Source of the DNA: Chrysomallon squamiferum
Taxonomy: Eukaryota; Animalia; Mollusca
Reading direction: 5' to 3'
DNA length: 64,000 nt
Assembly: GCA_012295275.1 (NCBI GenBank)
Contig: CM022676.1
Span: 5,890,001 to 5,954,000 of the forward strand
Each line of letters opens with the position of its first letter. The first letter of the stretch is position 1. The translations under genes were made by a program, and so were the position numbers. The notes beneath the pieces were generated by a model. That model did not search any database. It saw nothing but the letters and a program-made list of their open reading frames with translations, and was not told the origin of the DNA. This document shows positions 13,507-28,008 of the stretch, piece after piece.

Positions 13507-14851
13507 GTCTGTCTATATATATATATGTGTGTATGTACATATCTATAATGTATGTATTTTTCGTGTATGTGTATGTTCTGTATTTGCACATGTATATGAA
13601 TCTAGATCTAAGTATCTAAGTAAATATATATTTATATCTGGATGTCAGTCTACTTTTAAGGAAATGTTTTTAGTTTTTTTCCCATTCCACCCTCCCCCTC
13701 TATTCCACCATCTGACACAAGATTTATTTTTATTTCCTTCCATCTCACGTATGCAATATCTACATATATTCCACCTCTGAGGTACACATACATGTACATT
13801 ATATGATGTCTGTATGTGCAATACCAGTGTGCTCTACCTCTCAGACACAATTATATCAAACGCATGTAATATCTATATGTACTAAACACTACACTGGTTT
13901 GTGTAATGTCATCGTACTACTTTTCCTAGATTTCTCGTTAGATATACCTGTGCTTAAAGGTGAGTGTGCTGTGTATATGTATATATACCTCCTCTCTGTC
14001 TCAGGTATGTGCATGCAAAAAGCATGTGCATGATTTACATGTGTTGCTCAAAGCATGGAATAACTTTGCAAAAACAAAATCACTGTTTTCCTGCATCTTT
14101 TCTATCTCTCTCTCGTAGAAATGGTTTTGGTTAAAATAAGATATTTCCCTTGTTTTGTGTTACTGTAGTTTTTTTTTTTTTTGTCTTATTTTTTTTACCT
14201 TATTTTAAGTTATTATCAACCTTTTCCCTTGTGGTACAGTATTGTAAATATTTGTTCATTTATTAATCTGTTGTTTTATTCTTTCATTTGTCCATCTGTC
14301 CTTCCATATGTAGAGACACATAATACATTCATCTGTCCGTTCAGTTAATCATTCATTCATTGATTCGTTCATTCAATTATCCATCCATCCAACCATCCAT
14401 ACATTCAGCCTTCCATATAACTGTACATAGTTACATTCATCTGTCCATCATTTCATCATTTTATTAATTCTTTCATCTCTCCATCCATCTAATCCATCTG
14501 CCAGTATCATCCTTCTCTTCATCCACTCATTACTCCATCAGTTCACTTATTCATCCTTTCATCATCCATCCATCTATCCATCATTCTATCTTTCCATCTG
14601 TTCATTCAGATTCGGTTATGATATATTGTTTTCTATACCACAAGCTTTTTTTTTTTTTTTTTTTGCCTGTGTGCTTTTTTTAAAAAAAAAACCCAAAACA
14701 AGACTTTGGTTTAGAATCAAAGCTTTCAGTTGACTAACAGTTACCAGATCTTGTCATTTGAAGAATTTCTTTAATAACAGAGATTTGAAGATAACACACA
14801 ACAGTGGGCAGAATGTGTGGTTTTGTTGAAGAATGAAATGATCAGATCAGA

Positions 14852-15580
<729 letters not shown>

Positions 15581-16167
15581 ACAACAAAATATGGGTTTGC
15601 TACACATCAAACACAGGTTAATCTGTGCACCTGGAAGGAAGCCAGACAGTAAAACTAATCTATAAAACAATTTAAAAATAATCACGAGATCAAAGTGTAT
15701 AGAAAATTTACCAATTAAATAACTTACTTTTTTTTTTACTGCACACCCTCAAACCCTTCTTCCCCTATTACTTCCAATTCAGAACTTTTAAAAAAACTCT
15801 TTTTATAACCCATCTCTCTCCTGGCTATAATTTTTTGTAATCGTGCTTGTGTGTATGGCTACTTTTGTGGAGTCATAAAAGTGTCGTAAATTAAACTCCA
15901 ACGTTGAATCAGTCTCTTGTGATAAGAAAAAAGGAACAACAGCTGCTGCATGTAAATGTAAAAAAAAAGGATATTCACCATGGGTCTGTTATTTTGCCAA
16001 AATGAGGCAGTGTTTGACATTGACAAGATGGGCTGGCTGAAAAGGAAAGAGCTGTTCAGGGGCAGGTCACTCTAGGTCGTCGCTGTCTGGATTTCAGTGT
16101 GTTTTTTGAAAGTGTTGGCCAGTTTTGTGTTGTTGAACTGTGGTGATTAGATCTGGCAGGATGTGTT

Positions 16168-16201
<34 letters not shown>

Positions 16202-16205
16202 ATGC

Positions 16206-16241
<36 letters not shown>

Positions 16242-16524
16242 ACTGTGTGTGTGTGTGTGTGTTTAAGTTCTTGAAACATTATTGGCTATTCAATTTGAAT
16301 TGTGAGGTATCTATTTATTCAACATTTATGATAATTTTTGTAGTAATTTCACTATTATTTATACATATATGGAAGATACATACATTCGCATAGCTACATA
16401 CAAGCTTACATACATACACACATGTATATACCCACACATACATACAGATATTACATTTACATACATACATACATGCATAAAAAAAAATCAAAAAAAACTT
16501 TTATATAAGACAAGATAAAAAAAA

Positions 16525-17273
16525 GTTTTCCAGGTTTTAAATATATAAAACAAGATTTTAAAACTACTGTTATTTGTGTTTTCCAGGTTTTAAACTTTAT
16601 ATAAAACAAGATTTTAAAACTGCTGTTATTTGTGTTTTCCAAGATTTTAAAACTGCTGTTATTTGTGTTTTCCAGGTTTTAAACTTTATATAAAACAAGA
16701 TTTTAAAACTGCTGTTATTTGTGTTTTCCAGGTTTTAAACTTTATATAAAACAAGATTTTAAAACTACTGTTATTTGTGTTTTCCAGGTTTTAAACTTTA
16801 TATAAAACAAGATTTTAAAAACAAGTTTTAAACTTTTTTAAAACAACTTTTAAAACTACTGTTATTTGTGTTTTCCAGGTTTTAAACTTTATATAAAACA
16901 AGATTTTAAAACTACTGTTATTTGTGTTTTCCAGGTTTTAAACTTTTTAAAACTGTTGGAGGTTTTAAACTTTATATAAAACAAGATTTTAAAACTACTG
17001 TTATTTGTGTTTTCCAGGTTTTAAACTTTATATAAAACAAGATTTTAAAACTACTGTTATTTGTGTTTTCCAGGTTTTAAACTTTATATAAAACAAGATT
17101 TTAAAACTACTGTTATTTGTGTTTTCCAGGTTTTAAACTCTGGAGTACTTTATATAAAACAAGACTTTAAAACTACTGTTATTTGTGTTTTCCTGGTTTT
17201 AAACTTTATATAAAACAAGATTTTAAAACTACTGTTATTTGTGTTTTCCAGGTTTTAAACTCTGGAGTACTTT
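16525..17273 (+). repeat. 56-bp tandem array (~12-13 copies) whose unit ends in a 3' splice site
   Basis: Unit gttttaaactttatataaaacaagattttaaaactactgttatttgtgttttccag; 56-bp period with a few truncated or variant copies. Confidence 0.97.
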
Positions 17274-17319
17274 ATCGTGAAAACTTAGAAGAATTTTGAC
17301 GAGTTTTATCCAGGTGCAG
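17252..17319 (+). other. Candidate 68-nt non-coding (5' UTR-type) exon
   Basis: Acceptor tgttatttgtgttttccag| and donor CAG|GTAAGG; unique sequence with stops in all three frames and no ATG. Confidence 0.5.
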
Positions 17320-17829
17320 GTAAGGATGTTTTTTTTATTTTTTTTTTTTTTTTTTTTTTTGGTTTTTTTTTTAGTCAATCTCTAAATCATTTAGTGTTTT
17401 TTATTTTTAACTTTTAGTTTTACGGTGACATTTGTCGAAGCTGACAAAAAAAATTAATAAAAAAAAAAAAAAAAAAAATTAAGAAATTTGTTTAAATTTG
17501 TTCAAATAGGTTTTGACATGAGCATGATTCATTTTCGTTTTTTTTTCTTTTTTTTTTTTATTAAAAGATTTTTTTTTTTTTTTTTTTATTGTAATTTGAT
17601 AATGATTCAGTACTTAGAATAAATTTCTTCTTCTTGCCTTCATTTTATTTATATTCACACTTTATGGACAGATATCTGACATTTGTATGCCGTGAGTTCA
17701 AAAAATTGTGAAAAGACATAATGCTACATATTCCAGTTGTGACAAAATCTTTGTAGGGTATTCTCTAAATACCTTATTATGTTTGTATGTTAGGAAAATA
17801 TTTGTAAAAACATCTCTGGTATATGTGTT

Positions 17830-17974
<145 letters not shown>

Positions 17975-19199
17975 ATTTATTTAAATTTACTCTGATCTTG
18001 GAACCATACCTCAAATAGTTACAATTTTTTAGGAAAATATTAAATTAAATAAGTAACATGATGCTAACTATATTTGTACATGCTTGCTCACATATATATC
18101 TCTGTGTGTGTGCGTGCATGTGTGTGTGTGTGTGTGTGTGTGTTTCTTGGGAATATATTTACCATGACAGCTTTATTTTTTTAACAACTACAGCATCAAC
18201 ATCTCAGTCATAAACAACGCAGGTTACAAAAACCACGTTTAACCAAAAATACTGTTTACCAGAAAACTTATTTTCATTTAAGATCTAAGTTCACATTGGA
18301 TCAGAAGTTAATTTTTTTTGAACTTTTTTTCTGAGTGTTTTTATTTTTTAATTTTTTTCTGACTTTTTCTCTGAAAACAGAAGTAAACTGTTGGCTTTAT
18401 TTTTCAAAAAGCAAGAAACTAGAAGAAAAAAATTAAAAATTAAAAATTAAAAATAAATAAAAAAAAAACTGTAGAACAACAAAATAAATTTTGCTAACGA
18501 TTCAAACTAACAAATGTTACGTCTTATTTTCCAGATTTTTAAACTTTTTATTTAACTTTTGAAACTAATTTTTTAATTTCTTTTAAAACATTTTTTTGTT
18601 GATGTGTGCATTTTCAAGCTTGGCAAACTTTCTAACACTTGTGGTAGGGAATACATCATCTATTTTGTGTGTTTATTTTAATGAAAACAGCATTTATTTA
18701 AACTTCTGCAATTTGCTGTCATTTTTTATTTACTTTTTTTTTTTTTTTTTTTTGTTGTTGTTGTTTTTTTTGGTTCTGGAAATGCTGTAAAGATAGTTTT
18801 TCATTCAGAATAAAATAAAATAAAATAAAATAAAATAAAATATAATAAAATATAATAAAATAAAATAAAATAAAATAATAAATTAATAAATAAAATAAAC
18901 AATTATACTTTTACACAGTTGGGTTACACAGTCTTTTTTTAACAGTTTTTGTTTAAATAGATATTTGAGTAAATTAATGACTTTTGAATATTTCAATGAT
19001 AATAAAAACTCAACACTTAAAAAAAAATCAGTAATAATAATTAAAATATAATAATAACAATACAATAATAATAATAACAACAGTAATAATAATAATAATA
19101 ATAAAATAACAGTTGCTAGATATCATGGAATCTTAATAAAAAAAATGAATCTTTAAATGTTTTTCTGAATCAGTAGCTAAGGAACTTCTAGTGCACACA

Positions 19200-19535
19200 C
19201 AGATACATTTCAACAATCTTGTTAAAAAAAGAAAAAATGTCCTCCTGATTTATTTTATCAACAAAATCTTTACTCTAATCAAACATTTTTTTTTTTTTTG
19301 AACAGAGCCTCTTGTACAAATTTTCAAATTGTCCCACAAAAAAATCTCTATTCTAACCAAACATTCACCCTATTAAAAACTAGTTTAAATTTTTTTTTTA
19401 CATTCTGTCCAATGAAATCTCTACACTAATCAAATACTTTTTACACACAGAAAACTCTTGTTAAAAAATTCTTCTTTCTTTCCCATTCTTTGCCTTTTTA
19501 TCCAGCAAATCCTCTGTTTGAACCAAACACACTTT
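19200..19535 (+). repeat. Degenerate ~70-90-bp array
   Basis: aaatct(c/t)ta..ctaa(t/c)caaa recurs at ~19264, 19343, 19415, with a weaker copy at ~19507. Confidence 0.6.
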
Positions 19536-20005
19536 TTGTGGCAGTCTCTTAGATTTGTCTTCTTGTCAGTTTGTTCACGTATGTTCTCTGTTTTTTTTTT
19601 ATACACAAATTGTGTCTGACTGCAATGTATAAGAGGTACATAGAGTAGACATAAAATAAAATAAATAAATAAAAATAAATAAATATATTAAAAAAATAAG
19701 TAAATAAATAAAAAAATAATAAGTAAATAAATACATAAATTAATTAATTAATTAATAATACAGTAAATAAATAAATAATACAAAAAATAAATAAATTAAT
19801 TAATTAATAGAATATATAAATAAATAAATTAATTAATTAATAGAATATATAAATATATAAATTAATTAATCAATTAATACAATATATAAATAAATAAATA
19901 AATGAATAAAAACAAAAACAAAATCTCATATATTCATCTAAGAAAGAAAATCATTACAATTATCATCAGTTTTTGTTTTCTTGGTATTAATTTTGTCCTT
20001 ACATT

Positions 20006-20658
<653 letters not shown>

Positions 20659-20739
20659 TTAAAAATGTGGCATTTTGATTTAGTTAGTAGTAAAACATTA
20701 TGGCTGTTGTTTGAACAAAATGCTGTTTATGACTTCTAC

Positions 20740-21075
20740 ATGAGGATATTGTTAATACAATGTGGTATTATGAGCATATCAGGATATTGTTAATACAATG
20801 GTGTTATGAGCAAATCAGGATATTGTTAATACTATATGGTATTATGAGCAAATCAGGATATTAACCAGATATGATATTATGAGCAAAATCAGGATATTGT
20901 TAGCAAATGACATTATAAGCAAATCAGGATACTGTTAATACTATATGGTATTATGAGCAAATCAGGATATTAACCAGATATGATATTATGAGCAAAATCA
21001 GGATATTGTTAGCAAATGACATATTATGAGCACATCTGGCTATTGTTAACAAAATACGGTGTTATGAGTTAATCT
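20740..21075 (+). repeat. ~36-38-bp minisatellite with 3-unit (~109 bp) higher-order repeat
   Basis: tattatgagcaaatcaggatatt units; 20817-20925 repeated at 20926-21034. Confidence 0.9.
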
Positions 21076-21161
21076 GGAAATTATTACACACAAAAATACG
21101 GGTATCACTAACAAATTTCTGGTATTTATTTGCAAGCTCATCCAGGAGTGTTTATTTTCCA

Positions 21162-21600
21162 GAAGATTATTATTATTAAAACACTGGCAAACGGACTAAA
21201 CCAAAAAAAAAACAACATCATCATCATCTTCATCATCAGCTCCGTGGATAATTTCTGTCATTCGATACGACCCGTATTACACACCATGCAGAGAGAAAAC
21301 CATCGCTGACATCAAAAGAAATGTCAACATTGAGAAAGGAGACAAAGACAGAGACAAAGACAGAGACAATTAAAAATATTTGTTCCAGATAAACCAAAGA
21401 GGGCCGTCTTAACACGTGACGGCGCGAAGAATTAATTCACAACCACGACAGCGGCTGCATGCAGGTCATGTGACTGTTGTTGTTGTTTCTCCCATCAACT
21501 GCTGCAGGGGTTTGTTCCTCGAGGGGGTGTCACATGACCTCCAGGTCAGGTCGCGACCTTGAGGTCGGAATGAGCCTGTTAGTGTCCAAGGTGTAAATTA
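21162..21600 (+). promoter_or_regulatory. Unique CpG-containing island (enhancer or UTR exon)
   Basis: Acceptor-like tttattttccag at ~21161; CACGTGAC 21413; AGGTCATGTGAC 21463-21474 and its exact inverse 21529-21540; extra AGGTCA/GACCT half-sites. Confidence 0.45.
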
Positions 21601-21714
21601 TTCCATGTTTAATTTTCTTTCTTTCTTGTTAACTGGATGTCTTCTTCTTTTCTTCTTCTTCTGTTTCTTCTTCTTCTTCTTCTTCTTCTTCTTCTTTTCT
21701 TCTTCTTCTTTTGA

Positions 21715-22235
21715 TTCTTGTGTGAATGTTTAGGTGCACACATATAATTCTCTGACTGTCTGAGTGTGTTGTGTGTGTTGTGTAGGTGTCTGTGTGACTT
21801 TTATGGGTTTTGTTTGTGTGACTTTTGATGGTTTGTGTATGTCTTTGATGTGTATGTGTTGTACATGTCTTTGATGTGTATATGTGTGTGTATGTAATTC
21901 TTTCATGTTGAGTGTGTGTATTTTAAAGACTGTGTTTTGAAGTTATTGTCATAGTTTAAAGATATTCTGTGTGTGTGTGAGTGTGTTTTAAAGATGTAGT
22001 TTTTGTGTTTTAAAGCTAGTGTCTTATAGAGACAGTGTGTTGTAGAGACAGAGACAGGTATTTATGTGTGTAATGAAATCTGTGTCTTTAGTGTGTGTGT
22101 GTGTGTGTTTTAAAGATGTAGTTTTTGTGTTATAAAGCTAGTGTCTTATAGAGACAGTGTGTGTGTTTTAGAGACAGAGACAGTTAGGTATTTATGTGTG
22201 TAATGAAATTTGTGTCTTTAATGTGTGTGTGTGAC
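21715..22235 (+). repeat. Left arm of long inverted repeat B, with internal ~120-bp duplication
   Basis: acagagacaggtatttatgtgtgtaa and agctagtgtcttatagagaca are reverse complements of ~52849-52874 and ~53026-53046. Confidence 0.85.
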
Positions 22236-22884
22236 ACATATATGTATAAATGTATGTAAATGTGTTTCCATTTAGAAAGCACAGACATGAATATGTTAAT
22301 GAATGCACAAAATAATTTTAACGATTTCTTAAAATTCATTTAAAAAAAAAAAAAAAAAAAAAATCTTTTTTTTATAAATTATGTCTGTATCCTGGCACCT
22401 GCATCATAAAGAAGCTTTAATCACTTTAATTAGCTCAGATTTTTTTGAAAATGTAGCTCTGAAAAGATTCGGGAGATATTTAAAAAAATAAAAATTGAAA
22501 AAAAAAAAAAAAAAAAAAAAAAAGGTTGGTTGGGGGTGGGTTTTTTGAACTTGTGCAAAAATCTTCTTTTGGGGACAATAAATTTCAGTCCCGTTTCCTT
22601 TTTTTAAAGAGCTTGTCCAGAAAGAAGCAATCATTTCTGTTTGTTATCTGATCTTGGCAATGGAGCTTCATGTTCATTTATTAAAGTTTTAAGTTAAAAA
22701 AAAAAAAATAAAAAAAAAAGTTAAAAAATTTGAAATTTATAATATATAAAGGAGAATGAAGAAGAGCATGAAGCTGAAATTGAAGCCAGGTCTCAGGGAC
22801 GTCAGACGTCTCTGTTTTATGGGATGTTGTAAAGCAGATAATGGGTGCAATTTCGGGTTAAATTATTTAACGTGACTTTTCTTT

Positions 22885-22927
<43 letters not shown>

Positions 22928-22994
22928 CTGGTTTTCTAAATTGGAAAAAGAGAGAGAGGGGAAGGAGGCAGAAAGGTGTTTGTCTATCTTAGGC

Positions 22995-23063
<69 letters not shown>

Positions 23064-23065
23064 AA

Positions 23066-23101
<36 letters not shown>

Positions 23102-24069
23102 AACAGCGAGAGAGAGAGAGAGAAACAACAAGAGAGAGAGAGAGAGAGAGAGAAACAGCGAGAGAGAGAGAGAGAGAGAGAGAAACAACAAGAGAAAGAG
23201 AGAGAGAGGATCAATTTAACCATCTATTCCTAACCAGCAAACCAGACAGTGAAGGCAGCACTGTGATTTGACCCCACTAACGATCACTCACAAAGTCTCT
23301 TTTACTTAACCGAGGCTTTATAATGAGCTAGTCAGCTGACTCCTCTGTGTCCTGGAACTCGGACAGGTCAGACGTTGGTGATGTAGTAGTTTGCTGACAC
23401 AGCCGAAGTGAGGTCATAGATCACAGCCCATTTTGTCCAGACTAGCAGGAGTCGTTGCCCATTAAGGAATTCTCCTGTTCAATAAGTCAGAAAAACGCTG
23501 GCAATATGGCCGAGACGCTTCTTGCAAATTGCTTCCATTCTGCGAATGCTTTGTGAACTTGATAAAATGCTTTCCAAATGGAAATTGTTTTTATATTTAT
23601 GGGGGCTGTGGTTGGTGTGAAATATCCTGTCTCCCCCCCCCACAATTCATTCTTCGGAGAATTTGAAAGATAATGTAATATCTTTTTGTGATTTTCTGTT
23701 TGTACTGAAATTTTTGTGAGAAATGTTAATCATGAGAAAAAAAAAAAATTTATAAAAAAAAAATTAAAAAATTTGTTTCCTAATAAACAGAACATTTTTA
23801 TGTGAACTTTTCCCTAAAACAAGTTGACTTTTGTTCTTTTTTAAAAAACTTGTGATGACATTTCTTTATGTTAAATGGAAGGGATGTTGTTTATGCTAGC
23901 TGTCATTTTCTTTAGATACTACAGTTGTTGGAAACGTTTTTAAGATCTCTAACTTTCCTTCTTATCTCAACATTCCATCTGTCTGTCTGTCTGTGTGTGT
24001 GTGTTTCTGTCACTTTTATTGTCTTTCTGTATTCCTTTCTTCATTCCTGATTTTTTTTTAAATCTTTAC

Positions 24070-24101
<32 letters not shown>

Positions 24102-25477
24102 TTTCTGAATGTTAGGCTTTTACATTTTCTATCATGCATGTTATCCTACTGCCTCTAAATCCTTTCATTTTTATTCTTTTAATTATTTTTCTCTTCCTTC
24201 CTTCCTTCCTTCCATTCAGCCCCCACTCTTTCTATGTCCCTCTCCTTTTTCTCCCACTTTCTGTTCTTCCATTTTTGCTTTCTTACCATCTCTTGCTCTT
24301 TTTTTTTTTTTTTTTTAAATTTTTATTTCTTCCTTTTCTCATTAGTTTTGTTTCATCCTTCTGTTTTTCTATTTCTATCTCACTCTCATTTATTTATTAT
24401 TCATCTTTCACTCTTTCTTTGCCTTCTTCTTTTTCCTGAATATTGACTTTCAAAACACATCCACTTCAATTCACTTAAAAACTTTCCCCAATTTCTGCCA
24501 GCCCCAAGTATCTGCTTATCATTCTTACCCCCGGCGGCCTATCACCCCACCCCTTTTTGCAGCACCACCCCCTGCCTATCAAAACAGCACCCACAGTTTA
24601 ACTCTCCCACACCCTCACCCTTTGTAACATCTCCACCCCCTTAATAAAAAAAAATAAAAAATAAAAAATAAAAAAAACTTTCATTTCTTCCATTGTTTAC
24701 AGACAGGCCTACATCTAATACTATTGATCTTTCAGGATATGTTTTTTTTTTTTACACACACCCACAATCATATCAGAGGAAGGCTCCTCCCCCTCCTCCC
24801 CCCTTAGATCCCATGGGCAGTTTTAGTACAGGTTCTTGTCACACCAGCAGGGTTTTTTTTTTTCTTTTTTTCAAACACCTTATTTTTTTTTAATTCCCAC
24901 CCAAGGTAAAACTTTTATAATTTATCGCCTCTAGAATCACAAACTGTATCCAGAGTTAAGAAATGCTTTAAAAAAATAAAAAATAACAGAGAAAGCTAAA
25001 ATTTGCTTCTGTTCAGGTTTACCTACCATATGTCAGAGAAAAAAAAAAAGACAAAAAAAAAAAACAATTAAAAATTAAAAAATTAAACTGTTAACCTAGT
25101 CTAATTATTTTCCAATGTTCTTATTCTCTTATTTTGCCATTTATGATATCAGGTCTAATTGTTAATTGGATGCAGCTGAAAGGAAGAAAAAAACCAAAAA
25201 AAAAAGAAAAAAAACCCAACAGTTTCTGAAATTTGTTTCCTATTTGTTTTGGATAGTGTTTCCATCTGACATCATTTGAAACGTTAGGAATTGGTTTTAG
25301 AGTATTTTTTGATTGTCTGTGTGTGTGTGTGTGTGTGCGGTATGAGAGATATTAGATGCGTAATGATGCAGTAAACTCGTGAGTTTGTGATATTTAGCAT
25401 CAAGGTGTCTTTTACATGCATTTTAAAAGCATACACAATGCTGCAGATGAATCAGGTATGGGTAACTTAATCAGTCA

Positions 25478-26153
25478 GCAGCAAGGAATCTTTTACAAAG
25501 AAAAGCACACACAATGCTGTTGATATACAAGTAACAGTTCATTGATTAAAGCAAGAAACAGCACAAACAACAGCAAGGAATCTTTTACTAAGAAAAGCAC
25601 ACACAATGCTGTTGATATACAAGTTACAGTTCATTGACTAAAGCAAGAAACAGCACAAACAACAGCAAGGAATCTTTTACAAAGAAAAGCACACACAATG
25701 CTGTTGATATACAAGTTACAGTTCATTGACTAAAGCAAGAAACAGCACAAACAACAGCAAGGAATCTTTTACTAAGAAAAGCACACTACAATGCTAACAG
25801 TTCATTATAAAGTAAGAAGAAGTCACAAACAACAGCAAGGAATCTTTTACTAAGAAAAGCATACACAATGCTGTTGATATATACAGAAGTCAGAAACAGC
25901 ACAAACAACAGTAAGGAATCTTTTACTAAGAAAAGCACACACAATGCTGTTGATGTGCAAGTTACAGGTCACTCTAGCTGAAGTAAGAACTGGCCCAGTG
26001 AAACATCTTCCAGGTAAATATCTTCATATTTCACTGAGCAGTAAATAACCGACAGAAACATTTCACACAATCCTACATGTCACTGAGCAGTAAATAACCG
26101 ACAGAAACAATGAAGGTGTGGAGAAAAACACATCAACTTTTGTGAGTACAAAC

Positions 26154-26235
<82 letters not shown>

Positions 26236-26351
26236 ATTATGAACTAACTTTACATGATGAAGACTGAATTATTGTAATAGAATTTCACAGTTGTAATAAA
26301 ATTAGAGATCTGAAATTAAATAAAGAAATTCTTACAAAGTAAGATGGCAGA
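25478..26351 (-). repeat. Right arm of inverted repeat A, containing a 92-bp tandem array (~6 copies) and (AG)n
   Basis: agcaaggaatcttttac at 25480, 25572, 25664, 25756, ~25834 and ~25910 (variant); colinear reverse complement of 20070-20658. Confidence 0.95.
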
Positions 26352-27630
26352 AAGAGAGAGAGACTGTTACATGATGAAGACTGAAAGATTGATAGAGATG
26401 ATAAAATGAGGTTTAAAAATAAATAAAGAATTTTTCAATAATGAGCTGTTACAAAGAATCTTTGAAAGTTATAATAAAATCTGTTACAAAGATCTTTGAA
26501 GTTATAATAAAATCTGAGATTTTGAAAATAAATTTTGTGTAACAGTAACTACAAGTATGTGGCAGAAACAGACTGACCATTACGTTCAAAAACACATATT
26601 ATGTATGGCCTCTCATAATCCAGTCATGATGCATTGGTTTGATTGGGAAAAAATAATCAAAATACATTCCATTATTTGATTATAAGCATTACCTCCCTAC
26701 CTGTGAACTGAGTTTATTTTATTTTATTTAAATTTTTATATTATTATATGTATATACACACACACATATATATAGATAGATAGATACATTAATATAAAAA
26801 TTTAAATAATATATATATATTTTTCTCCCCATAGTTTTTGTCAAGTGAAAGGCCTGTTGACACAGTTTGTTACATTTGTGAGAATGAGACAAAGAAAAAC
26901 ACTACATGATGACACTCATAACCAGATCACACAATACTAATATTCCAAACATGTTCCTGGTTTTTGTTGTTTTTGTGTTGTTGTGTTTTTTTTTCCTGTA
27001 ATGAAATCATGAGATAGCCATCTTACAGAATTCCCCTCACTTTCTGGGACCATCTCATTATGTCTGTTACCAGCAACGTCAGTTTGAATTTAGATAACTC
27101 GTCTGCTAGTTCAGTTCTCGCCCAGGCCATTTGTTTTTATCTCGAGTTCAGCCCCACCATTGGAGCCAGTTCTGTTGTTATCTGTGAGGTTTATGTGTTG
27201 TTATTTTTTTTTATTTTTTTTTTTAAAAGAACCAAATTTGAAATAATTGCTGGAGAAAAACTATTAAAAGAATAGGTTAGAAGTTGGTCAGATGTATGAT
27301 GTACAGAGACCCTTGAATCGTTTATCATTTTTGTCTTTGTCTGTGTCTGCTTTATTTGGATTGAGGTGTGCAAAAAGATGCCTGGCTTATGACTAATTAA
27401 GAGAAGGAAAAGTCTGTCTGTTTGTTTGTTTGTTTTCTTTTCTTTCTTGTTTAAGTCACAGATTCATAATTTATTTAGCTGTGGTATGTGTTTTGCTTTC
27501 TATGGGAAGGTGCAACGTAACCGATTCCTTGCTGCTGAATGAAAAAGAATGGTTACGGTAGGTTTCTTTTCTCTCACAATTGACACCCCAGACCACTGTT
27601 AACAGATAGGAATGTGTGTGTGTGTTTTTG

Positions 27631-27664
<34 letters not shown>

Positions 27665-27734
27665 GTGGTTTTTTGTGTATAAGTCATTGAATATTGGTTT
27701 GGCAAAGAAAATTTATGTGATGAAGACAACAGCA

Positions 27735-27795
27735 AGGATTGATCCCAGAACCAGTGACACCCCAGGCTTGTAATTTATAACAGAGCTATGGCCTT
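27735..27795 (-). mobile_element. Possible very degenerate tRNA-derived SINE head
   Basis: Minus strand reads catagctctgttataaa...gcctg...tctgggatcaatcc (A-box/B-box-like spacing). Confidence 0.2.
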
Positions 27796-27959
27796 GTTCA
27801 AGAAAAAAACACTCTTCAGGTAAAAGGTTTTTGAACAAAGACTGTTCTGAAAATCCAAATAAAGGTTAACTATAGAAAGTGATATCTGACAGTAAGAAGC
27901 GAAGATCGACTGGTGAACAGTAACGCAGATGTTTGTAAACATTTTGTTGTTATTTTCAG

Positions 27960-28008
27960 TGTGTTTATGTCCTCACTCGAACCAATGATACTCCATCAAG
28001 TTTGAACT
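27960..28008 (+). other. Candidate 49-nt exon
   Basis: Acceptor ttttgttgttattttcag| and donor ACT|GTATGT; open as CVYVLTRTNDTPSSLN in one frame. Confidence 0.3.

Noticed and set aside
16063-16075. 13-bp match CAGGTCACTCTAG to the arms of inverted repeat A
   Set aside because: A rough estimate gives about one such match by chance given arm and window lengths
16525-17273. CRISPR-like appearance of this and the 7430-7752, 20740-21075 and 25478-25950 arrays
   Set aside because: Head-to-tail tandem units without unique spacers, no cas genes, eukaryotic context
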